Shown piece by piece: positions 36,972-51,800 of a DNA stretch of 64,000 bases; the stretch's first letter is position 1; the number at the start of each line of letters is the position of its first letter. The stretch spans positions 3,968,001 through 4,032,000 of the forward strand of contig JBHGNT010000018.1 of assembly GCA_043228905.1 (NCBI GenBank). The letters run 5' to 3'. The notes under the pieces are model-generated. The model searched no databases. It saw nothing but the letters and a program-made list of their open reading frames with translations, and had not been told where the DNA came from. The position numbers were made by a program, and so were the translations under genes. Source of the stretch: Azolla caroliniana. Its lineage: Eukaryota > Plantae > Polypodiophyta.

Positions 36972-37599
36972 AAGACATGGAATGGGGCTACAAGTGGTTA
37001 AAAAACTCAAGGATAAATTTATGTCTCTAACAAATTGGTGTAAAGTTAGAGACAAATTCATTGGATTGATCATCAAAGCTTTTTTGAAAGAAACATCATA
37101 GGATTCAAGAGAAAATGTAAAAGGGAAAGAGAAACAAATGAAAATTAATCCTCATGAGGGATTATAGGTTCTGTACAACATATCATGATATCTATATATA
37201 TTGATGACAACATGCATTGCACAATGAATATAAATATGTGTAGCCCATGGTCTTAGGCTCTCTCAACACTAGAAGATATATTGCATTAGAAATTCTCCAT
37301 GTTTTCCTTATCTTCTCGTCTTTCCTTTCTAAAAATTTGTCAAACCCTTTGCATCCTACCCCCCAAAATTTTATTTTGTCGATCCCCTCCAAAAAGTTAG
37401 TCTCCTTTGCTATTCAAGGATTCAAAATCACAATATACAACACTGAAACACTAAACAACATGGATGTGTAGAGGGCGGGCGTACCTACTAGAAAGTTCAC
37501 TACCAATGACTAGACCCAACGAAAATTTATTTACATATTCGATATCATTATTTTCTATTAATTTCACCATTTTGAATGAAAAATATAAAATTTTATGTT

Positions 37600-37674
37600 G
37601 GGTGTTTGGTCTAGTGGTATGATTCCCGTTTCGGGTGCGGCGAGAGGTCGTGAGCTCGATTCTCGCACCACCTC
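37600..37674 (+). pseudogene. tRNA-Pro(CGG) pseudogene
   Basis: GGGTGTTTGGTCTAGTGGTATGATT..TTCGGGT..GAGAGGTCGTGAGCTCGATTCTCGCACCACCTC. It has a 3-nt GCG duplication after the anticodon loop, T-loop TTC changed to CTC, and acceptor mismatches. Confidence 0.85.
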
Positions 37675-38299
37675 AAATTATGTGTCTTTCTTCCGGAGGC
37701 TATACTTGTTCTAAAAGGACATCATCTATTAAATCAAAACATCATTGGCATTCGCCTTATTTATTGCTAATGCGTTTTCAAGGGTGACCCATTTGAGTAC
37801 CCATTAACTCAAATGAGTGAATATGATGACCAACCTAATTGCCCTATTTTATAGTGGGCAAGCCCTTGTAGGTTTAACTCCATTATAAGCTAATAGAGAA
37901 TAAAAGTAGGAGTTGTTGAGCAATGTCCATGATACATAGACTCCTGAGTCCTAGTTGGAGTTGAAGGTCGCCTATTTTTTCGCTTGTCAAAAACTTGTGC
38001 TACATAAAAATGCCAACAATAATGTTATGAAGCATTGTTTGATCTCAAACATTATGAAGAGTTTCACACAAGACATTGATATTTATCGGAAAGTACTATT
38101 TTGTTGCAATAATGTTCACCTTGGTATTGTTTATGCACTCCCCCTCATGCGCAATTAATCATGTGAATGTAGGCTAGGTGGATGTAGGGCAAGTGCATTT
38201 GAAAACTGTCTGATCTTGTTTGCCTCAAGAGAGTGGTTCATGATAAGATCCCACATTCCATTTGTCATAGCCATATTGGCTCTCCCAATCTATTAACTC

Positions 38300-39860
38300 T
38301 ACTAATTGAGTGTTGCAAGGTGCTTCTATGATGCTTTCTAGCTTGAGAATGACAATAACTTCATCATGAAGACATCGTATCCCACCATGTAATCATTATA
38401 CCATGTAGCGGGTGACTAGACTATTCTCTTGAATAGAGCACTATATTCACTTAGTTGCTCCTATCGACAGTTGCATCGTCCTCGATTGTCATGACTATGC
38501 TCAATTTCGAGAGTATCACGATCTTGTTTCATCAACCACAAACCTCAACTTACAAAAATCTTGTGGATTGACATAATTGTGCTCCTTATGTTCAAGAAGT
38601 AGTTCACACACTTGGTTGTGACCTTCATCTATACCCCATTTGGGGACACTCACGTACTTGGAGACACACATACTTAATGCATCCAAAACCTTTGCAATGT
38701 GGCATATCTAGCTTCCTCCCACAAATAATAGTGATGGTGTGCAATCTCATCATGGATTACCATGATAAACTACTGATTAATTGTATGTAACTCCCATTTG
38801 TTGGAGATATGTTGTAAATTCATCCATTGCCATTTGATGTGCTTGAATCCATGAACCACACATCATCAACCTTTCTAGTGCTCATCAACATGGAGTTTCC
38901 CTTGTGATTTATTGCAAACATGTCACCATTTGATGTGCTTGAATCCATGAACCACACATCATCAACCTTGTTAGTGCTTGTCAACATGGAGTTTCCCTTG
39001 TGATTTATTTCAAACATGTCACCATTTGATGTGATTGAATCCATGAACCACACATTATCAACCTTGCTAGTGCTCATCAACATGGAGTTTCCTTTCTGAT
39101 TTATTGCAAACATGTCACCATTTGACGTGCTTGAATCCATGAACCAACTTCATCAACCTTGCTAGTGCTCGTCCACATGGAGTTTCCCTTGTGAATTATT
39201 GCAAACATGTCGCCACATGATGTGCTTGAATCCATGAACCACATATCATCAACCTTGCTAGTGTTCATCAACATGGAGCTTGTCAACATGTTGCCATTAA
39301 TCATTATGACTACGGATGGTGGCATAATTAGTAAGTTACCAACCATTGGTGGCATCAATTTTCTTCTTATGATAATCCAAGCTTGCCGCAATATCAATAA
39401 TCCGGTTTGTTTTGAGGATTTTCTCCAACATCAAAACTCCCCTTTTTTGGGGGTTTCCTCATCCTTCCACTAACATGATATTCTTCTACCAACAACATGG
39501 ATTGTGGCCGACAAACAATGCGATTGGTTTTTCTCAAGTAAGAATTGCAAGCCTCAAAGGACCAAACCATTAATTAACCCCACAAAAGCATATTTCAACC
39601 ATATTTTCATCTTTAACATGCATGCCAATGGAGCAAGAACATTACACAAGTATTTCATTTTAAGGGTGTCATTAATGGATAGTTAAACTCTTGACAAAGT
39701 TGAAGCTTTTGTACAGCCGTATTGGCAACAAAATTATTTGAGGTCATCCCATGCCTCCTTCAGTATCTTCACGTCCCTCATTGCCCATTGTGAGGCAATA
39801 TGTTAGGTCAATGGCTTCTTGTTACCATCCTAGATACTTGATGCCAATAATGTCGAGCAT
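38300..39860 (-). mobile_element. Degenerate Ty1/copia remnant (gag, protease motif, integrase tail)
   Basis: Minus-strand fragments KEAWDDLK (gag), YCGKLG (zinc knuckle), VWFMDSSTSN (protease W..DSG.S.H) and a frameshifted KVFGC-like integrase tail near 38680-38720. Boundaries approximate. Confidence 0.65.
38830..39290 (-). repeat. 96-bp tandem repeat (5 copies) of the copia protease active-site segment
   Basis: GA.GTG.TTGAATCCATGAACCA at 38836, 38932, 39028, 39124 and 39219. Each unit encodes ~KVDDVWFMDSSTSNGDMFAINHKGNSMLMSTS. Confidence 0.92.
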
Positions 39861-41879
39861 ATTTAGGAGATCACCTTCAATGCATCTCTAATAGCCTTGT
39901 ATTGAGCTCTTGTATTTGCATATGCAAAATTGTTACTGTATTCAAGCTTCTAGAGCTACCCATTTGTGGATTCATCTCATTGATGGCAATTTCTTTTTCT
40001 CTTCTTGTTGTCTTCTTCCTTTCTTCGCAACATATGAAAGTATGCTCTTTCAACCACAATTTGACAATTCCTAGAGTCTATACGTGTAAAGCAATTATTC
40101 TCCAACTATGGGATCAAACATAAGACACCAAGAAGCAAATGACCTATAACTATCGCATCTTCACACATCGATACCATGTAAAGATATTGAACTCAAGATT
40201 AACTTCTTGCACAATACTTCCCCAAAACTACTGGGAAGTGCATTGGTACAATACTTCCCCAAAACTACTTGAAACTAGATATTTACTTCTGGATGATATG
40301 GGGTTACAAAATTTCTCAACAAACGTGGATAATTGTTTGGGAGTCAAGAAATATTAAGGCAAGTTTATAAAGATTTTGAATGGAAAATATGCAAAAGAGT
40401 GGAATATGGAACACAATCATCGCTTTATCCTTTATCACATCATGGGTATTGTTCAATTGAAGAAACTTGAAGAAGCTTTATCTTGTTTGTCCAAGCACCT
40501 ATAGATGGTTTGTATAGATTAAAATTTAAGAACAATTTGCATTTACATCATAGTCATTGGACCTCCTAATTAATGGTTCCTTTTCTATTCTTAGTCCAAA
40601 CTAGCATATATTAAGTAGCCTAGGTATTTGAAGCACTTACTTACAAGACTGGCCCAGTTAACCAAAGCCTCGGTAAATCAAAATTACTAGTTGCCATCAA
40701 ATAGCCAAGAAGGCATTTGCACCATCTCTTTCCTTTCATAACATCAACAGCAAAGAACCTGATCTAGTGATCATTCTCTAACATCGACAAAGTATAGATT
40801 CTTTACGCCACCTACAATCAAGGCCAATATATTATCACAATATCCATTTACACTACCTTTGCTAGATTATACTTAAATTTTGGAGAAAGTACATTTGTGC
40901 TCACACATGTTGGTGGTGTTTATCCACCTTTCTTTTACATCAAACGTAGCACAAGTTAATTTCAGCCAATGCTTGTTCCTTACTGAAGTTTTTCCACGCT
41001 GGTTCCTTACCAATTATGAGCTTTTTGATGAAACAGACAACCTTTGTTACTACATACTTCTACAAAAGTCAATACTATGCCAATTTCATTCCAATATCAT
41101 CTTTACACATTACAATTCACTGTAGATTCTCCATTTCAGAAACAGAATGGAATACACTTTCCTTTCAATTTCAACCTGCACTCAACACAAGCAATGATAT
41201 TGGCTATGTCGAGGACAAGTTATGAAATTAAGTTTTCAGCTCTATTAGCACATCCTTTCAGTGAGATAAAAATAGAGCACATCACGTTAGGGATACAAAA
41301 TCTGCATTGGTATTTGTTTGATGGAGCTCACTGACCATCAAGCTAGCGCATCATGTTATTCAGGAACTTGCTGGCCATCAGAGCTAGCATAAAATGTACT
41401 TTCCTTTTTTAACCTTAGCATTGAGAGAGAAACTCCGACATGGAGATGTGTTTTTTGAGGAAAATGATCTATTATGCCAACAATTAGAGCTAAATTTCAA
41501 AAAAAATAAGAATAACCTAAAATTGGACTATCACTTTCCAACTTTAGGAGGGAAATTTACACTACAAGAACTGGAGTTTGGCATTTCTATCATCATTGTA
41601 ATATAATTCACAGCACAAACCCAACTTTTAGGCTTTGCTTTTTTGGCTATAGTTTCTGAAATCTTTTTGGTCACTCATTCTATTGACTATTTTTGCAGCT
41701 CATTGACTTCTGGCATTGTTTTTTTCTTTTTACCATCACAAACTATGGTAACATACATGTACATCTTCGTTTCAAATTTGATTACTTTTTCTTGACCATT
41801 CCACAAAGGATGAAAACTTTTGACATACATTCAATTTTTCACTTCACCCTGGACATAATACCTCATGTAAAACAAAACA

Positions 41880-44800
41880 TCATAAATTTAAGGAGTCTTC
41901 ATCTTCAGGAGGTAAGCTGAAAAGCAATCGGAAAGCTGGTAAGATCTCTGGGACTACTGGCAAATCTGCAAGGTTCACTGTCATCATATCAAAAGCAATA
42001 GACGTTGTATTATTGTGGCTAGTATCAAAGACAGGGACCGCTGGATATCGCTGGCTAAAATGTGTTAGAAAAATGCGATACACTCCAGCAGCTACACCTA
42101 CTTCAATGGCTTCCTTTGTGATACTATGGTTCTTTTTAATTGCTTCAGGAAGCATTCCATCATCGAATGTGGCCTGAAGAATGAAAAACAACAAAACCAC
42201 GAGAACAATAAGGATCCGAAACAGATTTTGCTAGATTTTGAGTACAGTAATAAACCATAAGTTGGAGCTTCCAAGAGGATAATATGATTATCAAGCTTCA
42301 CTTTAAAAAGAAGTGGAGTATCTCGGGCAAATGACCAAAATACCAAAAAAAACAGTAACACTTAATAGATTCTTAAAGGAGCAAATCATACAGAAGTTAA
42401 TCAGATAACCAATTACCTTCATTAAACAACAAATTAATTAGTAGTTTATTGGTGAGTATTATTGTATAACGAACTCCTATCTTAAATATAGACATTTATT
42501 CTCAAACTCCACACAAGTATCTTGTTCGCAAAATGCTGATATTACCTCATGAATTAGAATAGTTGCTCCACGTGCAGCTTCAATGACGGCTCTACATGGC
42601 CTTGTATCACCAGAGAAAACAAACTTCCAACCTCTTTCCATTGAGCTTCCATTGAGCTTTCTTCCATGAGCTTGAATTACAACAGCAAATGCATTGGGAC
42701 AATGTACAACAGGAATACTAAAAAGATCCTTCAACCCAAGAGAGTTTAGAGCACTCCTCAATTTTTGTCTCCCTTCTCTATCAACACCTTGTTGAATATG
42801 AAAGCCTGGATACATCCAATAGTGTTGCATTTGACTTTGCCTATTACCGTTCTCTGTAGGCACAGAGATCAAACCCCCCTTTTTTTCGAGTGAAATATTC
42901 CCGCCTTGTTCAGCATATTTGTCATTATCCTTAGAAAACTCCTCAACATCAAATGTGGTCTGGCTACAATCCAGAAAGTCCATAAGAAGGTCTTCTATTG
43001 CACCATATGCATCCAGAAACACCCTTAGCTGCTTGGGTCCAATGACAAGAAGGCGTTCGCATGGAACACGGGCGTCTTCTAGAAGTTTCCTTCGCACAGA
43101 AAGGACTCTGACAAGGCCTGTGAAATGATCAGCATGCATATGTGAAATCCATATGAGTTTCAAGCCCATCAGCACTTCATCTGCACCTTCCAAACCATAC
43201 CTGTTCACACATGCAGCTCTTATTCAAGCATGAAACTATGTGTAAGCTATTAAATAAGGAGAAAAACTCCAAAATACCCGAGTTTTTCTTTATTTCCCTC
43301 AATGCCTCTAGATTTTCGTTATTTCCTGGAATTCCCTTAGTCAACCATCGGACGAGATATTATATAGTGAATTCATCCTTTAGACCTTGATTATGTGTGC
43401 TAACTGAGCCATTATATTGTTAAATGCTGCATTTCGGGAAATAAAGAGAAATTCAGGGTATTTCAGAGTTCCTTCATTCCAGAAAGAAGTTTATGCATCA
43501 CCACTGCATACCGTCTTTTAAGTTGTGCATAAGTTCCTTCTCCACAGTCCAATAGGATCCCTCCATGCTTAAATAAGTGGACATATATACTAGTGACATT
43601 ACGATGTCTTGAAGGTTGAGATGAACCTGTGCCTAAAAATATAAACTCCATTTCTTCTCGGGATACACCTTTCAAACACGGTGGGAGTTTTTGGGAGACC
43701 CTGTAACCTGCCAGTTGAAATTTGCAGAAAAGCTTTTAGCCCTCTGTTTCCGTCTTTCAAAGCCTGAGATTTCTTTGTGTTCCGATTAGTTAGCATTTAA
43801 GTAACTGATATCATGACTTTTACCTCTCACCTTCATTTTGTGAAAAATCTGATGAAGAGTTTAGACGAGACCAGTTTTCAAATGCCCTCATAGAAATTTC
43901 TCGTGCTTTAATTGCTTCCATAGTTTGAGATATATTGGAGTCAAAAATACTTGGCACGTCAGAATCATCTAGTCCAAGATTTGCAAGTGGACGAAAGCGA
44001 AACTGTGCCATGAAATAAGAACAAATACATTCATAAGCTACCAGATGAGGGAACAGCAATAGAAAGATTTTTAAAGCATAAGATTACCTGAATGTTACAT
44101 GCATTATACATACATTGGTTATTTCATATTTAGTTTAAAAGCTTAGTTTTTTGTGCCCACCTTTAACAGGTTATCTGCAACACACATTTTTTTATTTCCC
44201 TCCTGCAACAGAAAATGACACTAAATGATCAGGCTAATCCAAAAACTGCGTTTAAAAACAGGCTACAGTGAACTTCTGGTTTATATGAAAATTACCTGCT
44301 GTTTTATGCCATCAACCAAGTTCTCATATTGTGGGATCTTGGATTCAGGTGATACCATAGGAAACAACTGTGGACAAACAAAATTCAATTTTGATAGGGT
44401 CGCAGCACTACACCTCAGCGTAGGCTTTCCAGGAGCAATTCTGCACCCACAGAGAAGAACTGACTTTAACATTAATTCATAAGTGATTAGCATTCTTGTC
44501 TCATCAATACTATTATCTGTCCACTCTTCTGCATTATGTTCAGATGCAATACCTTTTCATTAAAATGAACTTCCTACCCAATAAAATATTGTTGACTCAT
44601 TTCCCAGTCCCAATTATAATCATTAAACATTCCTTACAATTTTCTGTCCACATGCATAAATATGATAAGTTTCGAGTCACTCACAGTTGTTGGTAAGCCA
44701 TTATGTGGTGAGTATCTTTAAAATTTTCCATCCAATTCTGATATTCTTTCAAACTTGTAACAGATATGGGAGTTATATGCACCATACAATTTACAACCTT

Positions 44801-45732
44801 TCCAGAATCTGAAAAATATGATTGAAGGCCTTTAGAAGATACAAGAGATGGAAGGTATGACAAAGAGGGACAGTCAACAAGAATCATGATAGGGCCAGGA
44901 CTCGAAGGGCCCAATACATCATCTGGATGCACCTAAAATATAAAAAAATACAAATCTTTCAGAAGAAGTTCCATCATCCGCTACCACAAACAAAAGAAGA
45001 TTCTTACCATTGTGATTCCATCATCCGCTACCACAGATTCACCTTTTTGAAGTTTTCCATACTTGTATCCAGGTTTCAAACCTTTTGCCAAAGCCTTCGC
45101 AGGATCAAATTTCCCTTTGACTTCTGACAATTCACAGATGTAAACCGTAGATGGACAATCATATCTACAATTACTTGTTTGTTCACATTCAGGAAAAAGA
45201 TTTGATGCTTTATCAGTGGAAGACTGATCTTCATGGTACAGTAAAACAGCAGATATCTTGATCAGTTCATCTTCCATTAGAAAGATAGGAGATGAACAAT
45301 CGAATACAGAAGGATCTTCCGGGCCAAAACAGTGTGCATGTTCCAGCCAACCAGATGGTACAAAGGTACGCAAAGCTTTTCCAAGATTTTGCAAATTGGC
45401 TGGTCCCCACGTTTGAGCCTGTTAACATCCATCAGAAATATTGTGAACATGAAGAAATTTGGTGTTCAAACACTTTTTCTATGTTTTCAAAAAAATATAC
45501 CCTTTTCTAGGAATCGGCAACGGTTGGGTTTTGGCCTAACCGATTTAGCATTGTCCAAGCCAAACTGGTTAAGCCTTAACTGGTTTAGAAGAGTTCAAAC
45601 CTGAACCAAAACAAACCCTAAACCGGTTAAGACTTAACCTATTTGGGCTAAACCAGTTAAGCCCAAACCAGTTACTGATGTTTCTAGTTTAGAGAGAGAG
45701 AGACGGAAATAAAGGTACCATTCCAAGAAGCA

Positions 45733-45815
<83 letters not shown>

Positions 45816-48800
45816 GGTAAAGTTCTTGAACATCGAGAGTCGCTACTCACTTTCACATGTATCACTTAAAATGTAATATTTTTGGTCTCATAGGTCATAT
45901 TTGACCTCCGAAGACGATAATAGAATCTATCTATCTATCTACCTATCTATCTCTCATTCAAGAACATACATTAATAGATGATAGATAGTCCCACATCCAG
46001 AACCTACTTATATCATTGCAATGAAGATCATTCAAATCTGTGTGAAGAATTAAATCATATTAAGAAAATAAATGATGGGTTTCAACATAGAGTAACATTA
46101 CTTTTGACCCAAGAAAAAGCTTACCGCCATTCCAGATTCACCCAATTCAGCCAAGGTAAAAATAAGTCCTAAGAAACAAAGAATCAGATAAGTTATCTTG
46201 AATTTTTGTTAACTTGAGTTTTTTTTAATTTTTTAATTTTTTAACGAATGAAAGAAATTTCCAAAGGTTTTTCACAAGGATATTCCTATATATCAATTTT
46301 ATCTTAATGAAAATCTTCATATTTTGAACTCAAATATTTATCTAATTATTCTCTGCTTTTTAAACAGCTGTCTCGATTTAGAAATGAATTAACAAGTTAC
46401 AGACCAATAAATGCATGCATAATGATGAAGTTCAAAAACAAAAAATCGCTGCTATCCAAAATTTCCTCGTTGATATAGCAAAATGAACAATGCAGTGTAA
46501 CCAATACTTCTTTAAACTATTCATACCTGGTAGGCCACCAGTTGTTTCTGAGCATACCCTCGTCAAAAATACATGGTCAATCTGCAATAAAATATTATGA
46601 GAGTCATCAGACCAACTTCAATGCTGAAAACAGTTACACCACCTAATAAATTCAACCAAGAGAGGAATATTGACATGGACTACAAGGTCAAGCATGCCTT
46701 TGACGGCTTGAATCTGTGTTCCATACAAAATCGCAGTAACCCCTGTCAACGTCAGAAAAAACAAAATCATTTACATGCCAGTTCAGCAAAAACATAATAC
46801 TTATTGTACAGAATTTCTATAGAAAAGGAGCAGCTTTATTACACAGTTGTGTACCTCTCCAACATTGAAGATGAATCGTCGGCGATCAAAAAACAGAAAC
46901 ACTGTTGGCACCGTGTCTCCGGTGTCAAATCCAGTACCATAAATCTGATAGGAACAGTACCAGTAAAGTTAGCTAATAAACAAAATTGAAGAAAACTATT
47001 TGCACACCAAATGTCGGATAAAACCCTTTATTCTGTTATAAAAGTCTTTGCCCCACAAAACAAACATTCATTTTTTCAAAACTGGAATTTTCCACTTGTT
47101 CTAACAATAGAACTTTCTTGATATGAATGCCAAAAAAAAGAATTCCATGGTTCTAGACTCTAGTTAGAGATATTCAACTACTCTGTCCATAACATGTATG
47201 CAATAGCATCTCAATCTTTGCATTTATCCCTAAACCCAACATATTGAGAATCATACAAATATATTGAAAAAAACCAAAAAGTAGGCAGACAAAAGACAAA
47301 ATAATGGGATATCTTGTTTCAAACAAGGATAAGCGTTTAAGGATGTTCCTGTTCCATACTGATCCATCCTAATGTGCAAACACTAAGTTCAGCCTCCACC
47401 ACATGTTCCCCTCCTCATCCCTGTGACCATAGTATGAACCATACGTGCATTCTCATTCGAGTATGGTAAACACCCTCAAACTATGGTAAATACCATACTT
47501 TTGTATTCATTATTTATTATAAGGTAAAACAATTTTTAAGGTAAGAAAGTTAAGGTAAAATGTGTAAAAAAAAACATATAAGAATGTTGTGATAACATAC
47601 GCATTCGTATGAAATAGAATGTTTGCCAATGCATTCGAGTATATTACGTACTATGCCTATGACAATGAAAGATGAGCTATGGCCGAATTATTTACTACTA
47701 TAAGCATACTTCATTTTCATCTCCCAAATGGGCTATGACAATCAACAAACAAAGAGCAATCGTCGAAGATTCGTTTGGCAGTGGATCACACATATCTATG
47801 ATTTGAGGTGAAGGATAGATGTAGAACGGATGAATGTGCCAAGAACTCGACTGGCCTGGCTAAACACCAATTTAACTGGGAGACAATTGACGTGTATAGC
47901 GGTGAAATATGCAATGGTAGCTAAATTTGGATCCTTTCTGCTAGGGGTGTGAAAGTCATTGCATAAAGCAACCACAAATCCTTGCCCTGTACATCTGACA
48001 ATGCACCCAGAACAAATAGAGCCACATAGAATAGTTGGTATGATGAGGAGTGTCATGATACAAGGAGACACTTCCAATGTGAAGTAACTAAGGGGATTTG
48101 TACACAAACAAACAAGAGCAACCTTCCAACACCCAGTGAGGAAAAAAAAGACAACATTTTTGGCTAAATTTGGAGTGCATCAGTATGACTTGTTCCTAGG
48201 ATAAGAAAGTAAAAAAGCATGGAAAATGTTCAATGAGAAGTAACCTATCACACAACTGACCTTGGTAATCGGCAAGCATTCAGTTTGAACCAAACCGAAT
48301 CGCAAAACCATGCCTTAACGGTTTTTTAACAGTTCCTTTTGGTTTGGTTCAGGTTCCAGTTTTTGTAAATAGTTTGGTTTTAGTTCAGATCGGTTTGGGG
48401 GGGGGGTCAACAGTTCGGTTCAGTTGGATTTGATTCTTTATTGGCTTAAAGTTTCCAGTTTGATGGTTTAGCATTGACACTTGATTATTTTTTTATATAT
48501 TTTCTTGACTATTTTTTTGAACAACCTTTTCCATTTTAAGCCTAATTTTGACATTTTGGGCTTAACGGTTTTCAAACAGTTCCTTTTGGTTTGGTTCAGG
48601 TTCCAGTTTTTGTAAATAGTTTGGTTTTAGTTCAGTTGTTTGGGGGGTCAACGGTTCGGTTCAGTTGGATTTGATTCTTTGTCGGCTTAAAGTTTCCAGT
48701 TTGATGGTTTAGCATTGACACTTGATTATTTTCTTAAATATTTTCTTGAACAACCTTTTCCATTTTAAGCCTAATTTTGACATTCTAGGAAAAATCTTTA

Positions 48801-51800
48801 AATTTTAAAATTAAATCTTGAAATTTTTAACTTTGATCTAACTTGAAAACCGAAACCGAACCGTGAAATTGCAGTTTTAACGGTTAACAGTTTGAACATC
48901 TCTAAAACCGTTCGGTCTGAGCTTGGATTTTTTGTAACAGTTTGGTGGTTCAGTTTAAGTTTCAATTAATGTAAACGGTTTAAGTTTGTCACTCTTGAAC
49001 CGAACCGAACAGTTGCCGATTGTTACCTATGAGCTGGACAGAATACACCATTGTACCAATCTTCAAGAGCAGAGATCCCATAATGCCAGGAAATTATAGG
49101 ACAATCATGGTTGCCCATTATTTGGCCAAAATATGCCAACATTCAGCTGGGCAGGCAAGCTTTCAAATTTAGTTTACCCTTTAACCCCTTATCATGGACT
49201 GCAGATCCCATAAAAAGAGGAGTTAATGCTGCTTTGTGGGTTTCTAAAAAGAATTCAACATGGTACCATGTGTTTAGCTCATGAAGTGGCTCGAAACCGT
49301 TGCTATCTCCATTCTTTGGCAATGGGGAATCTATGCATTGTATGAATCCATGTCCGGAAAAGTGGGATCTCCAATCGGTTGTTGGAATCTGTGAAATCAA
49401 GGATACTCACTATCACCCCCTCTTCAGTTTCTTTATGAGTTATCGTATTCAATATAGAGATTACATGGTTTGAGAACATGCTTAGCAGCGAGACATTATG
49501 CTAATATCTAACTCTGTGAAGGAACTACAAAGACATCTAAACGCTTTAAAATCATTTTGTACATGCAAAGGTTTGTCTGTAAACCTTGATAAAACTAAAG
49601 TGATGGTGTTTAACACCACTCATGCATGGTAACAACGTCAGAACAGAAATCTTCTTGAGAGGAGTAACACTCACAGGGACTCATTGTTGCTGTCTGCACA
49701 TGCATCTATACTTTTCCAAATTGTAACATGTTAAGTTTATTTTTAAGCAACCCCTCTAGACAAAAGAAGAGAATGTTATACCAAGTTTCTCATAAAAAAA
49801 CTGGCAGTCCATGCAAAATGTGCTCACATACAGGCTTCCCATGATCTCACAAATACCAGTCACGCAGGACTTTAGACTCTAGAAGCTCCATGCACAGATA
49901 TTTCAAAAAATGAGGAACACAGGGGAATTTTTCCCTCTTTAGTAGGTTTTTTCCCCCTGTCCATAAAAACTCTGATAACCCTAAAGTGGTGAAGTTTCTG
50001 GGGATTCAAAATAAGAACCCAACATCAATCTCAATGATTGCCCCCATGATAAGGAGCCCTTGATGCTCTTGAAAGACAATGTGCACATATACAGTTCCGA
50101 GAGCCACAAACTAAATTGTAACTATTTCATACACTTGTGACACTGCATCTTCTCTATGGAGTAGAAACCTAGGGACTGAGTCTTCACAGTGTACATAACT
50201 AGAAAGATTTGGTGAGACCTTCAATCTCAATTATTGCTCACATGATAAGGAGCAAAGCATCTGTACCCCATGATACAATCCAGAAAGAAATGGGAGCAGC
50301 CACCATAATCATCAATGCATTATTCAATCAATGACTAGTATTCAAGAGCTTTGGGAGATCCGTAAATGAAGGTACTCAAGGTTAGCACATATGTTAACAA
50401 AACAACTTACTAAACATGGAGATAATCAGAATTTCATCAAGATATACTTCACCTTCTATGCATACCAAATAGACAGGGATATGTCAATGTGTAAAATAAA
50501 TCTTGCAAAATTAAGGTCTCCTATTGGTTCAAATGGATGTAGCATAACTGGAACTGAATCTTCCTAGGTTTAACTTTGTACATGCTTTAGAGATGTGAGA
50601 GAACTACCATTCACGTGAATTTCTCCTCATTGATCAAGAGAATGAAATGTAATGCTCATATATGTGCATAATTAAAAGAAAGATTTATCCCTCAAGTATG
50701 TACACAAGTATGGAATATTAAAACACCATAAGAGAACGTGATTCCAAAGAGAATCAAAACAAAATCATGCATCTGCATGATGTCTACATTTGGAAAAAAG
50801 AAGCCATTTCATCAGTAACTATAGCGATCAAATTTTCAGTAGAAAGAAAAGAACACATTATCCAAGCTATGAAACAAAGATACCTGCATATAGGAGATTG
50901 TGCTGGCTTGATTCGCAAGGACGTTGCGAACAGAAAATTGTTTACGTTCTTTTCTATCCATGCCACGAGCTCTGTGTGTATTTAAAAGATACGAACCTCC
51001 CTGTGAGTATCTCTCTGATCCTTGGAAGCTTTCCATCTCTCTGGATTTATTCCTCCACATAGTTGAGTTCTGGTTTCCAAACTTCTCATTGCTTCTACCA
51101 GTGATTTTCACAGCTCGATTGTCATTCCCATAACTATACTGCTTCACTTTATTCCGATTATCATTGACCCGACCGTTCTTGAATAGAGATTTTCCATCCA
51201 TTCTTGACTTCAAATGTTCTTGTCTCTCCAGAGTGTCCCTTTCATTCTTTCCTCTAGCTGATTGGTTTTCAAATTTCTCCCTCCTTAAGGGTATTGAATC
51301 TTTCATATTTATATACTTGGTCAGATCATTTGGAAGGTCAGATCTTCTATTTGTTTTATAAAACCTCCGGCCAATGTTCTGCTCATTTTCTCCCAGGTTC
51401 AATGGCATTGACATATCCTTCATACGAGTACCTTTGAAATGATCCTCTTTCATTGTATTTTCATTTCCTTTAGTATTTTGTTCTGCATTTTTACTTTGAG
51501 AATTCATTGCCTCATTGGGTTGAACTTCCTCATTTAAATGTTGCATGTCATTCACATCCTCTTTTTTAGGCTCTCTTTCCAAAGGTTGGTTGCATTTGAA
51601 ACTACCAAATATTGATGTTGGCTTGGTTGAGTTCTTGGTATCTGACGATTTTCTATTGGTTCTGTCATCAGTCGCCATATAGTTTCTGTCTGAAAACATG
51701 AAATCATCTAGTTCAAAGAGATTTGGAAGTAGATTTTTCTCTTCCAATGGTGCTTGTAAAGAAATTACTGATGAAATATTTGGCACTATCCTGAGAGAGG

